Part shown: one piece after another, positions 26,589-39,043 of the stretch
Layout of the letters: each line of letters begins with the position of its first letter
Numbering within the stretch: the first letter of the stretch is position 1
Source: Octopus sinensis
Taxonomy: Eukaryota
DNA: 64,000 bases
Direction: 5' to 3'
NCBI RefSeq assembly: GCF_006345805.1
Contig: NC_043001.1
Span: forward strand, 23,808,001-23,872,000
The notes under the pieces: generated by a model
What the model was told of the DNA's origin: nothing
Seen by the model: only the letters and a program-made list of their open reading frames with translations
Database searches by the model: none
Translations under genes and position numbers: made by a program

Positions 26589-27000
26589 TTATTTCTTTAT
26601 TACCCACAAGGGGCTAAATATAGAGGGGACAAACAAGGACAGACATAGGTATTAAGTCGATTACATCTACCCCAGTGCGTAGCTGGTACTTAATTTATCG
26701 ACCCCGAAAGGATGAAAAGCAAAGTCGACCTCGGCGGAATTTGAACTCACAACGTAACGGTAGACGAAATACCTATTTCTTTACTACCCACAAGGGGCTA
26801 AACACAGTGAGGACAAACAAGGACAGACAAACGGATTAAGTTGATTATATCGACCCCAGTGCGTAACTGGTACTTAATTTATCGACCCCGAAAGGATGAA
26901 AAGCAAAGTCGACCTCGGTGGAATTTGAACTCAGAACGTAACGGCAGGCGAAATACCACTAAGCATTTCGCCCGGCGTGCTAACGTTTCTGCCTGCTCGC
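26589..27000 (-). mobile_element. SINE family A dimer
   Basis: Two tandem bodies behind one head. Confidence 0.85.
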
Positions 27001-28488
27001 AGCCTGAAACGTAACTAAATACCACAATGCATTCGCTTCGATTCTCTTCCTATTCTGCCAATCCTCTACTGGAAATAAATAAATAAATAAATGCTAATCT
27101 TTGACATAAAGACAAGATTCAAGGTTACTAAGTTTAGGAGTGTGAAACGATCGATTAAATTTTATCCCCCATACATTACTGGTACATTTTTAATCGACCC
27201 TTTAGAAACGAATGGCAAAGTCATACTCGGCCGAATTCCAACTCAAAACGTAAGGAGTGCAATTAAATAATTCAAGGGGAGGTTTTTGCTTCATCGCTGA
27301 ACCATTTCTGCCCAATTCACTGCTCTCACTGGTGAAAACTATTTACAGTAATCTCCTTTTATTAAGATCATTGGTTTGAAAAAAAAAGCACCCCACTAAA
27401 AAAAAAACCCACTAAAATAATATAGCAAAACAACCAAAATAAAAGATAAAGCTCTAATGAAATTAGGGCAGTTATGTAACCATAATGCATAATGAATTAC
27501 TGCTTGAAGTGAAATTTAATTGAGTTGTTTCAGACAACTTTCAATACAATTCAAAAATCATTGAGAGAAAAAGACGCAGATTATCAGAGTGATAAAATGT
27601 TGTCAAGAAGGGCGGTAGATAATCAGAATAGGTAGATAGAACTTCAGATAAATTGGTGATGATGATGGATGGTAGACACCGTCGAACTTCCGATAAACTA
27701 ATTGTGGTGGTTTATGGCAAAGTTAGTTGGATGTCGCACATAACGCCTCACAGTAATTAGTCACACCCGTTTACAATCTGAGTTTGCGGCGAATCGGTAG
27801 TGTTTGTAGAGTATTGTACAGAATGCTTCAGCATGTTCGTTCTGGGTTTCTTTTCTCTGAGATCAACCCACACTGAGGTCAAATTTATCTTTAAACCTTT
27901 CGGGGTTGATAAAATACCATTCCGAATATGATGTCGATTCTTCTTTTTGCCTTATTCTCTTTTAGAAATCTTTTTTCTCTCTGAAAGAAATCAGCGGTCG
28001 TCAGATCTTGTAAGAAGTCTCCACCAGGTTTTAAAATATTCAAGACACGTTGTATGTTACTAAGGCGCCCACATCACACAATTAGGAGTAGAGGTAGCAA
28101 GTCTGGGTATACACATCGTAGTAGATTTAACCGACTAAATTGCTCTACTAGATGCGTAGCATTCTGTCTCAGTTAGAAATCATTATTACTTATATTGTGA
28201 AGTGAAGGATGGCAGAATGGGCAAAGGGTTGGACACAATACTTTGTAACATTTAAATAATTCATTTTAGGTTCTGAGATCAAATGCTACTCTGGTAGATT
28301 ACCTTTCATTTTTTCCGTGTGTTAAAATTATTTCTTATCTAGTACAGTGGTTGTTTTAACGTCAATACACCGCCTTTCAAATTTGAAATATTGTGCTTAT
28401 ATTAGAAACATGGAATGGTAGACGGTTGGGTTACCAGACAAAATTTCTTGTGGTATTTACTTGTTCCTGTATGTTCTCAGTTAATATC

Positions 28489-28712
28489 TATTTCTTTACT
28501 GCCCACAAGGGGCTAGACACAGAGGGGACAAACAAGGATAGACAAACGGATTAAATCGATTACATCGACCCCAGTGCGTAACTGATACTTATTTAATCGA
28601 CCCCGAAAGGATGAAAGGCAAAGTCGACCTTGGCAGAATTTGAACTCAGAACGTAGCGGCAGACGGAATATCGCTAAGCATTTCGCCGGGCGTGCTAACG
28701 TTTTTGTCAGTT
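28489..28712 (-). mobile_element. SINE family A
   Basis: Consensus match; flanking duplication tcagttaatatc. Confidence 0.85.
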
Positions 28713-28919
28713 CAGTTAATATCGCGCATGGTCGACATTGGCTTCCGTCCTTTCAGAGTGGATCAAATAAGTAGTCGCTGATTATCGTCTTGCTTAAATC
28801 GATTACATCCTAACCTTTGCCAAGTTTATAACATTGAGGCGATGTATATAATCAATGATAGTTATTGATATTTTTTGCTTTCTATGTCTGGAGGTAGGAA
28901 CAGTGCCAAAGACATTTAC

Positions 28920-29140
28920 AAGCACCTCCAGGATCGATGAGCTTGACGCTGTTAATACCCCGCTGAAATTGTTACAAGCCAACACCTGCAGCGAAAACAT
29001 GAGCATGGAGATGATTCCAGAAGGTCGATATACTGGGGAGAAAGGACTGGATCTCGTGGCTAGTGTGAGATCGGGGAAAATGGACGAAATAAGGCTGCCT
29101 GAGGGGAAGAGGTACAAAACCAGCCAAGTGTTGGAAATAA
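28920..29140 (+). pseudogene. possible very degenerate Dong/R4-type RT fragment
   Basis: CSENMSME...EIRLPEGKRYK loosely resembles FSxDIGMEFG...GIxLPDG..YK. Weak. Confidence 0.3.
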
Positions 29141-31057
29141 TAGAAAATTTACTTTACATTGCTTATGACAGCTCCTCATTTAAGGTGATGACAGCGTATA
29201 CAAGAATTTCCCTTGAAGATACCTGCATAAAGTTTAAGACGGCAAGCAATTGGAAGATCGCAGCTACAAGAAGACAATGAAATGAAATTTCAAGCTAACA
29301 TGTTAAAGTAAAATGGCAAAGAAAAAATAATTTGGTTTCCGTGGTGGGAATTCCTTCGATAGATAATTTTAAAAGTGAATTTTAACGTTAGCTACATAGT
29401 TTGCAGAAAATCAAGTATGGCTGCATCTTGTGTAACTTCTATTCGAGGTAGTTGTTTAGAGAAAGAAAATGATAAGAGCGGTAGTAGGAGGCCACCTAGG
29501 TGGGTTCTCCTCGCACCCATGAGGAAACCGATATTACTGATAATACCGCTAAAAATAGGAACACTCATATCATGAATGACAGCGACGCATCTACAATAGC
29601 AGAAGCGATTGCAGCAGAAACAACAACAGCAGTAATAAGAGCATCAACAACGACTGCGACAGTAACAACAACAAGACCACTAAAGTTACTAATACTGCTT
29701 CTGATAATAGAAGCCGCAATAGTGATAGAGGTTAAGGATGTAGCAGATATTATTGTGATACTGTCAGATGAATTAGCCGTAGTCGCAGCGGTAGTGGAAG
29801 CAAACACGACAATAACAACATCAACAAGATCAGATATAAAACCGCGCATCAAGTAACTAAGCAGAAAATAACAGAAATGGTAAACATTTGTGTGCAATTA
29901 TAAACCACAAGCAGCAAACTGTATTTCTAAATAATTAGCAGCATCAACAAGTCTGACAATGCCCACATCACACCAACCATCTCAGGAATAACTTTCAGTA
30001 ATTGATCCATTTGTTTTTTTCGACAACGTGGAAATCCACTTTTGTAAATCAGTCATCAAATCCCACAAACTGTAATATTTATACCTTTTCTCCTTAAATT
30101 AGAGATTCTCGACTCTATTTTTTGCTTATGACTCCCTTTTGAATCCAAATGACCTCTGAAGTACCCTTTACAGATATAAAGGGTACTTTTATCTCTCACT
30201 TGATTCAGGCATTGAACTGCAGCTTTGCTGAGGCACTGCCTTGAAGGATTTTAGCCGAACAGATCGACCCCTGGATATAATTTTTTTTCTAAAGTCTGGT
30301 ACTATTTTATCATTCTTTTGCCGAATCACTGAGTGACAGAAACGTAAACAAACTAACATTGGTTATCAAGCGGTGGTGGAGGTGACAAAACACAGACAGA
30401 AAGACACGCGCAAACGCACACATGTATGTACATACAACGGGATTCCGCAGTTTCCGTTTGTCAAATTCACTCACAAGGCACGGGTTGACTCGAAGATATA
30501 GTAAAAGACACTTGCCCTAAGTTGTGACGCAGTAGGACTTAATCAGAAGCCACACAGTTACAAAGCGAGCTTCTTAACAACATAGCCTTTCTTGCATCTA
30601 CAGAGCTATGCCTATGTTTGTTAATCTCATCTGTATCATATGAAAGCAAATTTAATGTAGTAGCTTACACAGATGACTATATTTTTGCAGATAAAATTGT
30701 GTATTAGCAAAGTTCAATTACGACAGAAAGCGATAAGCACTATCTCAAATTTATATGTACTTTAGTTACCAAACAAAATTCCCAGATACATAAAATATTT
30801 ACTAACAAAATATGTTTGATACTTTATTCAGTGTGTCTTGAGGCCGTCGCAAACTTTCTCGATTTTCAATATTTGGTTGCAAAGCGAGTCAAAAGTTTTG
30901 CAATGTTGCATACGTGCTAGTTTACGGCGTGTATAACATGTGACCAAGGCAATTCAAGCCGTGGATGGTATCCGCTGAGGTTGTTAGTATAACGGTAGTT
31001 GGTTCGCTGACACGCTTTGCATTGCTTCACATCATATGTGATTGAAAAGCCGCCAAG

Positions 31058-31802
31058 ATGAACGTGCAACTTACGCTTTACGAGTTCGAACTGAGCCATA
31101 ACGCCGCGGAAGCAACTAAAAGCATTTGTTTTGCGAAAGGTGCAATTGGTCACAGCACAGGAACCAAATGTTTCAAGAAATGTCACTCGGTTTGTAAGAA
31201 CTTCTTCTTCTTACAGCATTCACCCGGGGTGGGTTGAGCTGGCTTCATTCATCCTCAATGCTACATCTCTCACAAACGCCGACCAGGCCTGGCGATTTGA
31301 GGCTAACGACCGCGTGATCTCCAACCACTCCTTATTCCAGCGTCGAACGCCGTAGATATGGGGGCCTAGGTTGGGTTCCAGATCAGCCTCTGGACAACGA
31401 AAAACCTGGCTGATGACAGTTAAGGTTTGTAAGAACCTCAACGATCAAACAAGATCAGGTAGGACTAAAACCGTGGATTCCGAGGTCGTGCTCCAAGTTA
31501 TAGAGGCAAATCTGGTGAGTAGTTCGAACGACCCGGAATAAGCGCCAGGAACTTGAAGGAAAGGAACTGATGTCACACCCAGCTATAGTCTAAATTTAGT
31601 TCCCTCGAATTGTTACTTGTTCCGGTCAATGACTCACTTCCTGTGCTCGAAACACTTCATCAGCCAAGAAGAAGTGAAAACTTCAGTGAAGGAGCTCTTC
31701 TCCTCGAAGGACAAGAACTGGTATCAGCATGGGATAACAAAAAAACTGACAGAAAGGTGGCCTCAGATGGTGAAACACAATGGCCTTTGCTTTGAATGCT
31801 AG
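31058..31802 (+). pseudogene. internally deleted mariner transposase
   Basis: LYEFELSHNAAEATKSIC..RSGRTKTVD at the N-terminus. YS.NLVPSNCYLFRSMTHFL..SSKDKNWYQHGI..ERWPQMVKHNG at the C-terminus. Confidence 0.85.
31202..31423 (-). mobile_element. 5'-truncated RTE-type LINE end inserted in the mariner
   Basis: RRWNKEWLEITRSLASNRQAWSAFVRDV, (GAA)n tail, 13-bp TSD ggtttgtaagaac at 31189-31201 and 31424-31436. Confidence 0.8.
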
Positions 31803-31845
31803 GTTGCTTTTTTGTAATTTGACGAATAAAAAAAAATATCACCCT

Positions 31846-32011
31846 CTCTTTTACTCTTTTACTTGTTTCGGTCATTTGACTGGAGCACCGCCTTTAGTCA
31901 AGCAAATCGACCCCAGTAAGCCTAGTACTTATTCTATCGGTGTCTTTTGCCGAACCGAACCGCTAAGTTACGGGGACGTAAACACACCAGCATCAGTTGT
32001 CAAGCGATGTT

Positions 32012-32062
<51 letters not shown>

Positions 32063-32234
32063 CACATATACGGCGGGCTTCTTTCAGTTTCCGCCTACCA
32101 AATCCACTGACAAGGCTTTGGTCGGCCCGAGGCTATAGTAGAAGACACTTGCCCAAGGTGCCACGCAGTGGGACTGAACCCAGAACTATGTGGTTCGTTA
32201 GCAAACTACTTACCACACAGCCACTCATACGCCT
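31846..32234 (-). mobile_element. SINE family B
   Basis: Consensus match. Confidence 0.85.
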
Positions 32235-32380
32235 ATTGCAGAACTTTCATGTCAATCTTGTAGTAGGTACTACAAGATAATACGTGCAAAAAGCAATAAC
32301 ATACAATTTTACTGTCTTCCAGAGAAGTGGAAATTTTTTGCAATTTAACTACTTTTTCGTTAACTATGTTCACCATGTCG

Positions 32381-32611
32381 AAGGCGGCGAGCTGGCAGAA
32401 ACGTTAGCACGCCGGGCGAAATGCGTAGCCGTATTTCGTCTGTCGTTACGTTCTGAGTTCAAATTCCACCGAGGTCGACTTTGCCTTTCATCCTTTCGGT
32501 GTCGATAAATTAAGTGCCAGTTACGCACTGGGGTCGATGTAATCGACTTGATCCATCTGTCTGTCCTTGTTTGTTCCCTCTATGTTTAGCCCCTTGTGGG
32601 TAATAAAGAAA
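32381..32611 (+). mobile_element. SINE family A with TSD
   Basis: TSD tatgttcaccatgtc on both sides. Confidence 0.9.
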
Positions 32612-32722
32612 CATATGTTCACCATGTCTGAATAAAGCTAGAGCGGTTTCAATATTCAGTAACTCTCAATGAAGCTGTCTTGTTATTTAATGTTAAGAAT
32701 TAAATTACTGACATTAATTTAA

Positions 32723-34224
32723 AGAATGCAATGAGCAATATAAACAAGTGCTGTATTTAACAGGAATGAATCTACTTTTCCAAATTTGGAATTCTTATCT
32801 CTAGTAATTCGTTGGACTGAACTCCCATATCACTATACAAATGTTTTAAATACTCAACGCACACAGAAAGATTATCGTTTCGTAGTTCAGTGTCAACGGT
32901 AGCTAAAGGTGGAAACTGTACCAAGTCGTGACGTCCTATATCAACTCTGAATAGTTGAAGCTTTTCAATAAAAGCAACAATAACCTCTTTCCAAGATATA
33001 AAATTACAGTTTTCTCCTTGTAATTGTTTGTTCAGACAAAATTAAGCTTTTCAATTATATCTGAGAGCTAAAATATACCACGACTGGTAGCACCAGCAGT
33101 TTACCAAGCTACTTACTCTTCAAATACGACACTCTGCTGTCGCAAAGAGCCATGAAGCGACTAAGATTGTTAGGTTTTGCTAGCATCAGTAGGCGTTTAA
33201 ATGTTTCAACATTTTTGTTACAAACTTCCCGAGGAAAAGACGAATCTTGAAGTATATTTGATTTGATAAGTTTGACAGCTTTTCATAATAACAAAGACAT
33301 CAGTCAGGTGGCCGTCCTATTGTTTTGAAATTACATGTTGACAGTAAGCTACGCAGTGAATGCAAAAACAAAAGCACCCCCAACAACCTTAGGTACACCT
33401 ATTTTAGTAGGTAATATATTTTATCAATGTACTTTGATTATGATGACTTGCCTGAAATTCAGTAATTTCATGTACACTCTGCTTTAGGACAGTTGAAACC
33501 ACAATAGACACTACAGGTATATACACACATACATCGTCTTATATATCAAAATATCTTTTCTATTATAGGCACAAGGCCTGGAATTTTTGGCGGGGAGGGG
33601 ACTAATCGATTACATCGACCCCAGTGTTTCACTGGTACTTAATTTATCGACCCCGAAAGGATGAAAGGCAAAGCCGACTTCGGCAGAGTTTGAACTCAGA
33701 ACCTAGCGACGGCCGAAATACCGCTAAGCATTTCGCCCAACCTGCTAACGATTCTGCCCGCTCACCGCCATTTATATATCAAAATATAAAGCTTAAAACT
33801 AAATTACAACTATTACTTCTTATATTAATGCGTTCCACAATTTCATCACAAATCTATTTTGTAAAGCCACCTCGCTCGTTTACAGAAAACATAACTATAT
33901 TACAAATGTGTATTTAAAATGTTTGTTGGGCACCATCTTCTCTTTCATGAAAACATACCCGTGAAACACCTGACGCAAATGCTTCTGATGGTAAATCAAT
34001 AATGCACCGTGTAAACATCCACAAGTAACCATACTGATTTTATATGTTATCAATAACCTCAATCAATTTCTACCACACAACTTTCTTCACTCTACATATA
34101 TTAAAAAAAATCAAATATTTTCATATATTCTCGCAGCCTTTTAAATTGATTTATTTTCAAATTGATTTCTTATAGTAATGTATTATGAGTTCTTACCATT
34201 TGTTTATATTGCTCATTGCATTCT
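32723..34224. mobile_element. non-autonomous TTAA-flanked TIR element (Kolobok-like)
   Basis: Perfect 25-bp TIRs agaatgcaatgagcaatataaacaa / ttgtttatattgctcattgcattct, TTAA on both sides. Nested SINE A at about 33555-33769 with TSD ttatatatcaaaatat. Confidence 0.7.
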
Positions 34225-34442
34225 TTAACCGCCCTAAAATTCCTAGTAAAGGTGCCGAACTTTTAAATGTAGTTAGTACATTCGATATGTATATGCAAGG
34301 ATCCTAACATAATTAAATACTTCTGTAATCAACAGGCATTTTTAACCCATTGTAAATTCATAGTGCTGGTGGTTACTGACCATCAATTATAAATTTCAAA
34401 ATCATATAATTCCACTCACAGAACCATATCCTTTAGTATTTA

Positions 34443-35901
34443 TCTATATACTACTAAAACTGTCTGATTGCTTGCTTATCTGTCTTTTAACACAGCCAAA
34501 CAGGCGCATAATGCGGAAATACTGTGTATTAAGGTTCCCCTGAAATGTGAATACAAATGGAATAAAACAAATTTCGCGTAAATCGGACGACTGGTTTTTG
34601 AGATATGGGGAGCTTTTGGGAGTATAAATACCCAAAACGGTGCATAATGGGAAAATACTCCGAAAATAACATAACCCCGAAAGGGAAAAAACTCTAAACC
34701 TTCGATTATAACATTATGATGGACAAAAGTCATAGCGACTTTAACTTGTCAACTAAAAAACACGAGTTGTTTTTACAGTAAATGTTTCTATTTTGGCTTT
34801 CGTTAAACACAATATTTTAATTATTTAGAAATATTTTTAAGTGAATGTGATTTCAAAAATTTAAGGTGTTTGTACAGTAAGTATTTATATTTTAGCTTTC
34901 TTTACACAGGCAATATTTTAGTTTTTTAAAAAATTATTTTTAAGTGAATACCATTTCAAAAATTCTTTCTGGCATATTTAAAAAATATTTTAAGGTGAAA
35001 ATGACTTTAAAAATATGGTAAATATTTTGTAAAGGACCCGTTCGTAACCTCGGGGTAAAATAATATTTTTCCTCGGGTTTTTTCGAGTGCATTCAATGTA
35101 TCTCACCTCCAAAGACTTGGATGTTATTTCTTGCACGCATTGCTACCACCTAACAGCTATTTGCGATAAAAGACCTGAAATAACTTTTAAGTAGTAGCAG
35201 AGTGTGCAAGAAATAGCAGCCAAATCTTTCCTTTTTTGGGGGAAAGAAGCCGTTTACGCATGATTTCGATGTCACATTCGTTGAAAGCATGCGAAATAAC
35301 CTGAAAAGAAGAAAAAAAACCCACGAAAAAAAATTCCATTAGTGGGAAACTCGGAGTTTCCCGGGAAACTTCGAGATCCCCTCCACCCCTCCACCCTTTC
35401 TTTTCCGGGAGAAAGTGGCTTGCGGTGGGTTTAGAGGTGAGATACGTTGAATGCACTCGAAAAAACCTGTGGAAAAAATTATTTCACACTGAATTACGAA
35501 CTGGTTCTTTACGTAATATTTACCCTAGATCAGGATAGATATGTGAATAGAAGGATAGATGAGACTGATAAAGCAAGGGCTGAGCATCTGGCGGAACAGA
35601 GGGACAGAGACAAAAGCAGGAGATATCGCGAATCGGATGCTCATGTGAATACAAACGGATAAAACAAGTTTCGCGTAAATGAGACCACGAGTTACCGAAA
35701 TACGCGTTCTTTTCGGGTACCTTTTTAAATAATCGAATCGGTATATAATGGGGAAATGCTTAGAAAGTAAGGTACCATTGAAATGTGAATACAAACGGAA
35801 TAACAGAAGTTTCGCGTAAATCAGACCACGGATTCCCGAGATATGCGGTTTTTTCGGGTACCTTGAACTATTGGTGACCCAGCGGGTCACGGGTAGTCTA
35901 G
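34443..35901 (+). mobile_element. non-autonomous Helitron
   Basis: A|TC 5' end; 3' hairpin gtgaccc(agc)gggtcac followed by CTAG|T. An internal atgtgaatacaaa..tttcgcgtaaat module occurs three times. Confidence 0.7.
35017..35524. mobile_element. MITE with about 90-bp TIRs inside the Helitron
   Basis: ggtaaatatt...ttcgagtgcattcaatgtatctcacctc versus gaggtgagatacgttgaatgcactcgaa...aatatttacc. Confidence 0.7.
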
Positions 35902-37129
35902 TAAGGTAGGCTCGTAACTACTACTATCCAACTGCATGACTTTAATTCTCATTCTACGTAGATATCAATTTGAATTTATAACACAGTTACGTTTCATCCT
36001 CTTGTATTTTAATAGAAGGAGCTGTCGTCAGTCTATCTTTCAGATGTAAGAGGCTTGTTTAATTCTCTTACATGCTTATCGCGCAATTATTTTGAATTTC
36101 TTCACTATCTATACATGTTTTATTTCTTATATACGCTGTCATCAACTTGAATGAGGAGCTGTCATAAGCAATGTAAAGTAAACTTTTCTATTATTTCCAA
36201 CACTAACATACTAAACTCATACATCTAACAATCTTGAAGCAAAACAATCTTAACACTTGTTTGGAAACTTTTAATATGTTAACGACAAACGAATTCACAT
36301 TTAGTATTTACAACTTTTATAAACATGTTACATCCCTTAAACTTAACATGCGTTTTCGTTGATAAGTTTTTGAAATCTTTTCGGTAGTTTATTTTTGATT
36401 TGATGGCGAGTTTTTTATTTAACCAAAACGAAACCTTTCTATCACAACATGCTTACAGTGTATAAAGAATTTCCTATTCTAAGTAATCTTTCTTACTTTA
36501 CAGATTGTATATTATCTCCTTTATACAATTTTATTTTTCGTATTTATACTTATAAGTAGCCGAAATACTTATCTTTTATCTTTTCATTATCTATAGCTAT
36601 TTTAATTATAACTACAACTTCAGTTTCCTATATTTCTTTTTACCTTACTGCTACATATCTCACTTATAGCTTCTCCAATCTTGCAATATAACATTATAAA
36701 CGCTTTTTTTGCGTGTATTTATGAGATACTGCTCTTAATATTTATGGATATTATTTAAGTATTTGGGAATCGCTTTGAAATCCTTTCGATAGAACATTCA
36801 ATACGATAGCTGTTATATCTATTATATAACTAATGAAGAGAAAAGTTTTTTTTAATGTACATAGAAAGCATAACCACATCTTCTATTTTATGCAATTAAT
36901 TCGCTCCAAAACTTGTTCACTTCACCGCCCCGCATATTTGTATATACCTGTAATTTTACATTTTATAATAAATACTTTGGGAAATTGAAAGAGAGAAACT
37001 TGGACACCCTTAGTTAATTTGCTGATTGCTTGATTTGTTGGCATAGATGTGTGTGGTTGCTCATCTCTTTCTCTTAATGGCTTCTCTAAGCCTTTTGAGT
37101 CTTTTAATCTATCGCCCGCTGTTCACAGT

Positions 37130-37470
37130 ATAATTACATTTCAGAAAATCAAAACGAACGACGCCCTTGTCAGTCACTATGGTTCCTATGCCGATCGCTG
37201 GCTCCTGAACTTCTTAAGCTATAAAGATGAGGTGTGATGTCATTCTGTGGACTGAACCTTCGTCTCCAGATCATAAAAATTACGCCCAGATTTCATTTCC
37301 TGCTACAGATCGAAAAAAAAAAACAGACATGTCTTTATTGGCTGCAAACGCTTCCGGCAGATTAGAGCAGGCTCCCGCTATTCTCTTCTTAAAATCGGGT
37401 TTCAACTTCCAAGGTACCCACTTTGCACACATTTTCAGATATCCAAAGTATTCTGCTATCTTCAAAGTAT
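37130..37470 (-). pseudogene. mariner transposase fragment
   Basis: KMCAKWVPWKLK..GNEIWA*FYDLETKVQS (WVPxxL and GDETW..YDPETKxQS motifs). Confidence 0.8.
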
Positions 37471-37790
37471 TCCGTTATCTTCAAAGTATTCCGCCATAAA
37501 GGAATTGTGGCCACAGTTAAGTTGTACAGTAAGCTCAGAGATTGTGACTCGTCTGCCCGTGCCAATAAATTCGTCTACCCGTTGGTGACTCGTGTCAATG
37601 GTCGTAGCTGAGAGTCTTCTAATGCGTGATATGTATTTTATATTAGATTCTTTTTATTTAAATTTTCAACCAATGTGTATAGTCTTTTTGTTAATGATGT
37701 CATCTTCGTAAAAAACTTGTCTTATGTGGAGTTTGGACATCCTGCACTCCTTCTTCGTCAAGAATTCAATAATAGCGTGTTGCTTCTGAT

Positions 37791-38165
37791 GTTGCTGTTG
37801 AGCGAACGGTCTTCGTCCCAGAGCTCGCAAGATGGGAGAAGTCCGAAACGTGGTCCTTTGCTATTTGTAAGACCCGTAGAAGAGAAAGCAGGTCAACCCC
37901 CGACACCGAGAGTATCGACGGATGGATGAATGCGCATCCAGGCTCAGCGGTTGCGTAGGAAGTCGGGGACAAGAAACAGGAAGAAAGAGTGAGAGAAAGT
38001 TGGAGCGAAAGAGTACAACAGGGGTCGCCACCACCCCTGCCGGAGACTCGTGGAACTTTAGGTGTTTTCGCTCAATAAACACACACAGCGCCCGGTCAGG
38101 GAATCGAAACCGCGATCCTCCGACCGCGAGTCCGCTGCCCTAACCATTGGGCCATTGCGCCTCCA
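37791..38165 (-). mobile_element. SINE family C variant with a different 3' body
   Basis: Family C head (ggaggcgcaatggcccaatggttagggcagcgg) with an unrelated tail; flanking duplication tgctt(c/t)tgatgt. Confidence 0.8.
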
Positions 38166-38867
38166 CTGCTTTTGATGTAGTTCATATTTGCGTGCGATAA
38201 AGGCGAGAAGGAAAAACAAAAGAGTGACTTTATCAGCATAAGCAATTTGAGCGATGTACGTTTATTAATAAACAAGTTATGCTAACTACTTTTGCATTAA
38301 TTTCGGGACAATCCTCGTGTGCATATACACACACGTGCACGCACGCACGTACGTACACACGCACGCACGTACGTACACACGCACGCACACACGCACGCAC
38401 GCACACGCACGCACGCACGCACATGTACATACATTATTAAACTGGAAGCGCAAAAATTAAAAACACGAGGAATATGACAATATGATTTGTACATGTAACT
38501 GTTAAAAGTTTGCGTGTGTTTCTCTCGGAAACTTCAGTTAGCTTTTTCAAGTGATCTCTAAAAATGTTCAGCTTTTTCAAGTGATCTTTAAAAATGTTCT
38601 GTAGTCTCTAATTGATAATTAATAACTTACGCTGTCACCAAGAAACTTTCCCCACCCACAACAAATATAAGAAAAACTATAAAGAAATCCGAAAGTAAAA
38701 CTATGAAGTGCACATTAAACACCTACAGCTAATGGAATGATTGCACTTCACAGCATCTTCAAATACCCATACCAGCGCTGCCAAATTTCTTGAACAATAT
38801 AATTTTTTATTACGGAGATGTACTTGCATAGTAAGTGACCTGATCTGAGATCGTGTGCTGGAACGAA

Positions 38868-39043
38868 AACAATTGCAGCGTTGAAGGTGTTTATAAGCCA
38901 TTTAAGAAACACACAAAATCCATTAGATTCACTTCAACATTTAAATTTAATTTGTCAAAATATTTTCGTCGCTTTGAAGTGAATCTGACGGATTTTCTGT
39001 GTTTCTTAAATGGCTTATAAACACCTTCCGCGCTGCAATTGTT
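38868..39043. repeat. 70-bp fold-back inverted repeat
   Basis: Arms 38868-38937 and 38974-39043 with a few mismatches. Confidence 0.85.

Noticed and set aside
29500-29897. Thr/Ala-rich ORFs on both strands
   Set aside because: Decayed trinucleotide repeat region with no domain signal.
37840-37860. gtcc-GAAAC-gtg-GTC resembling HHR stem III
   Set aside because: No CUGANGA core or stem II partner upstream, and it lies antisense in a SINE tail.
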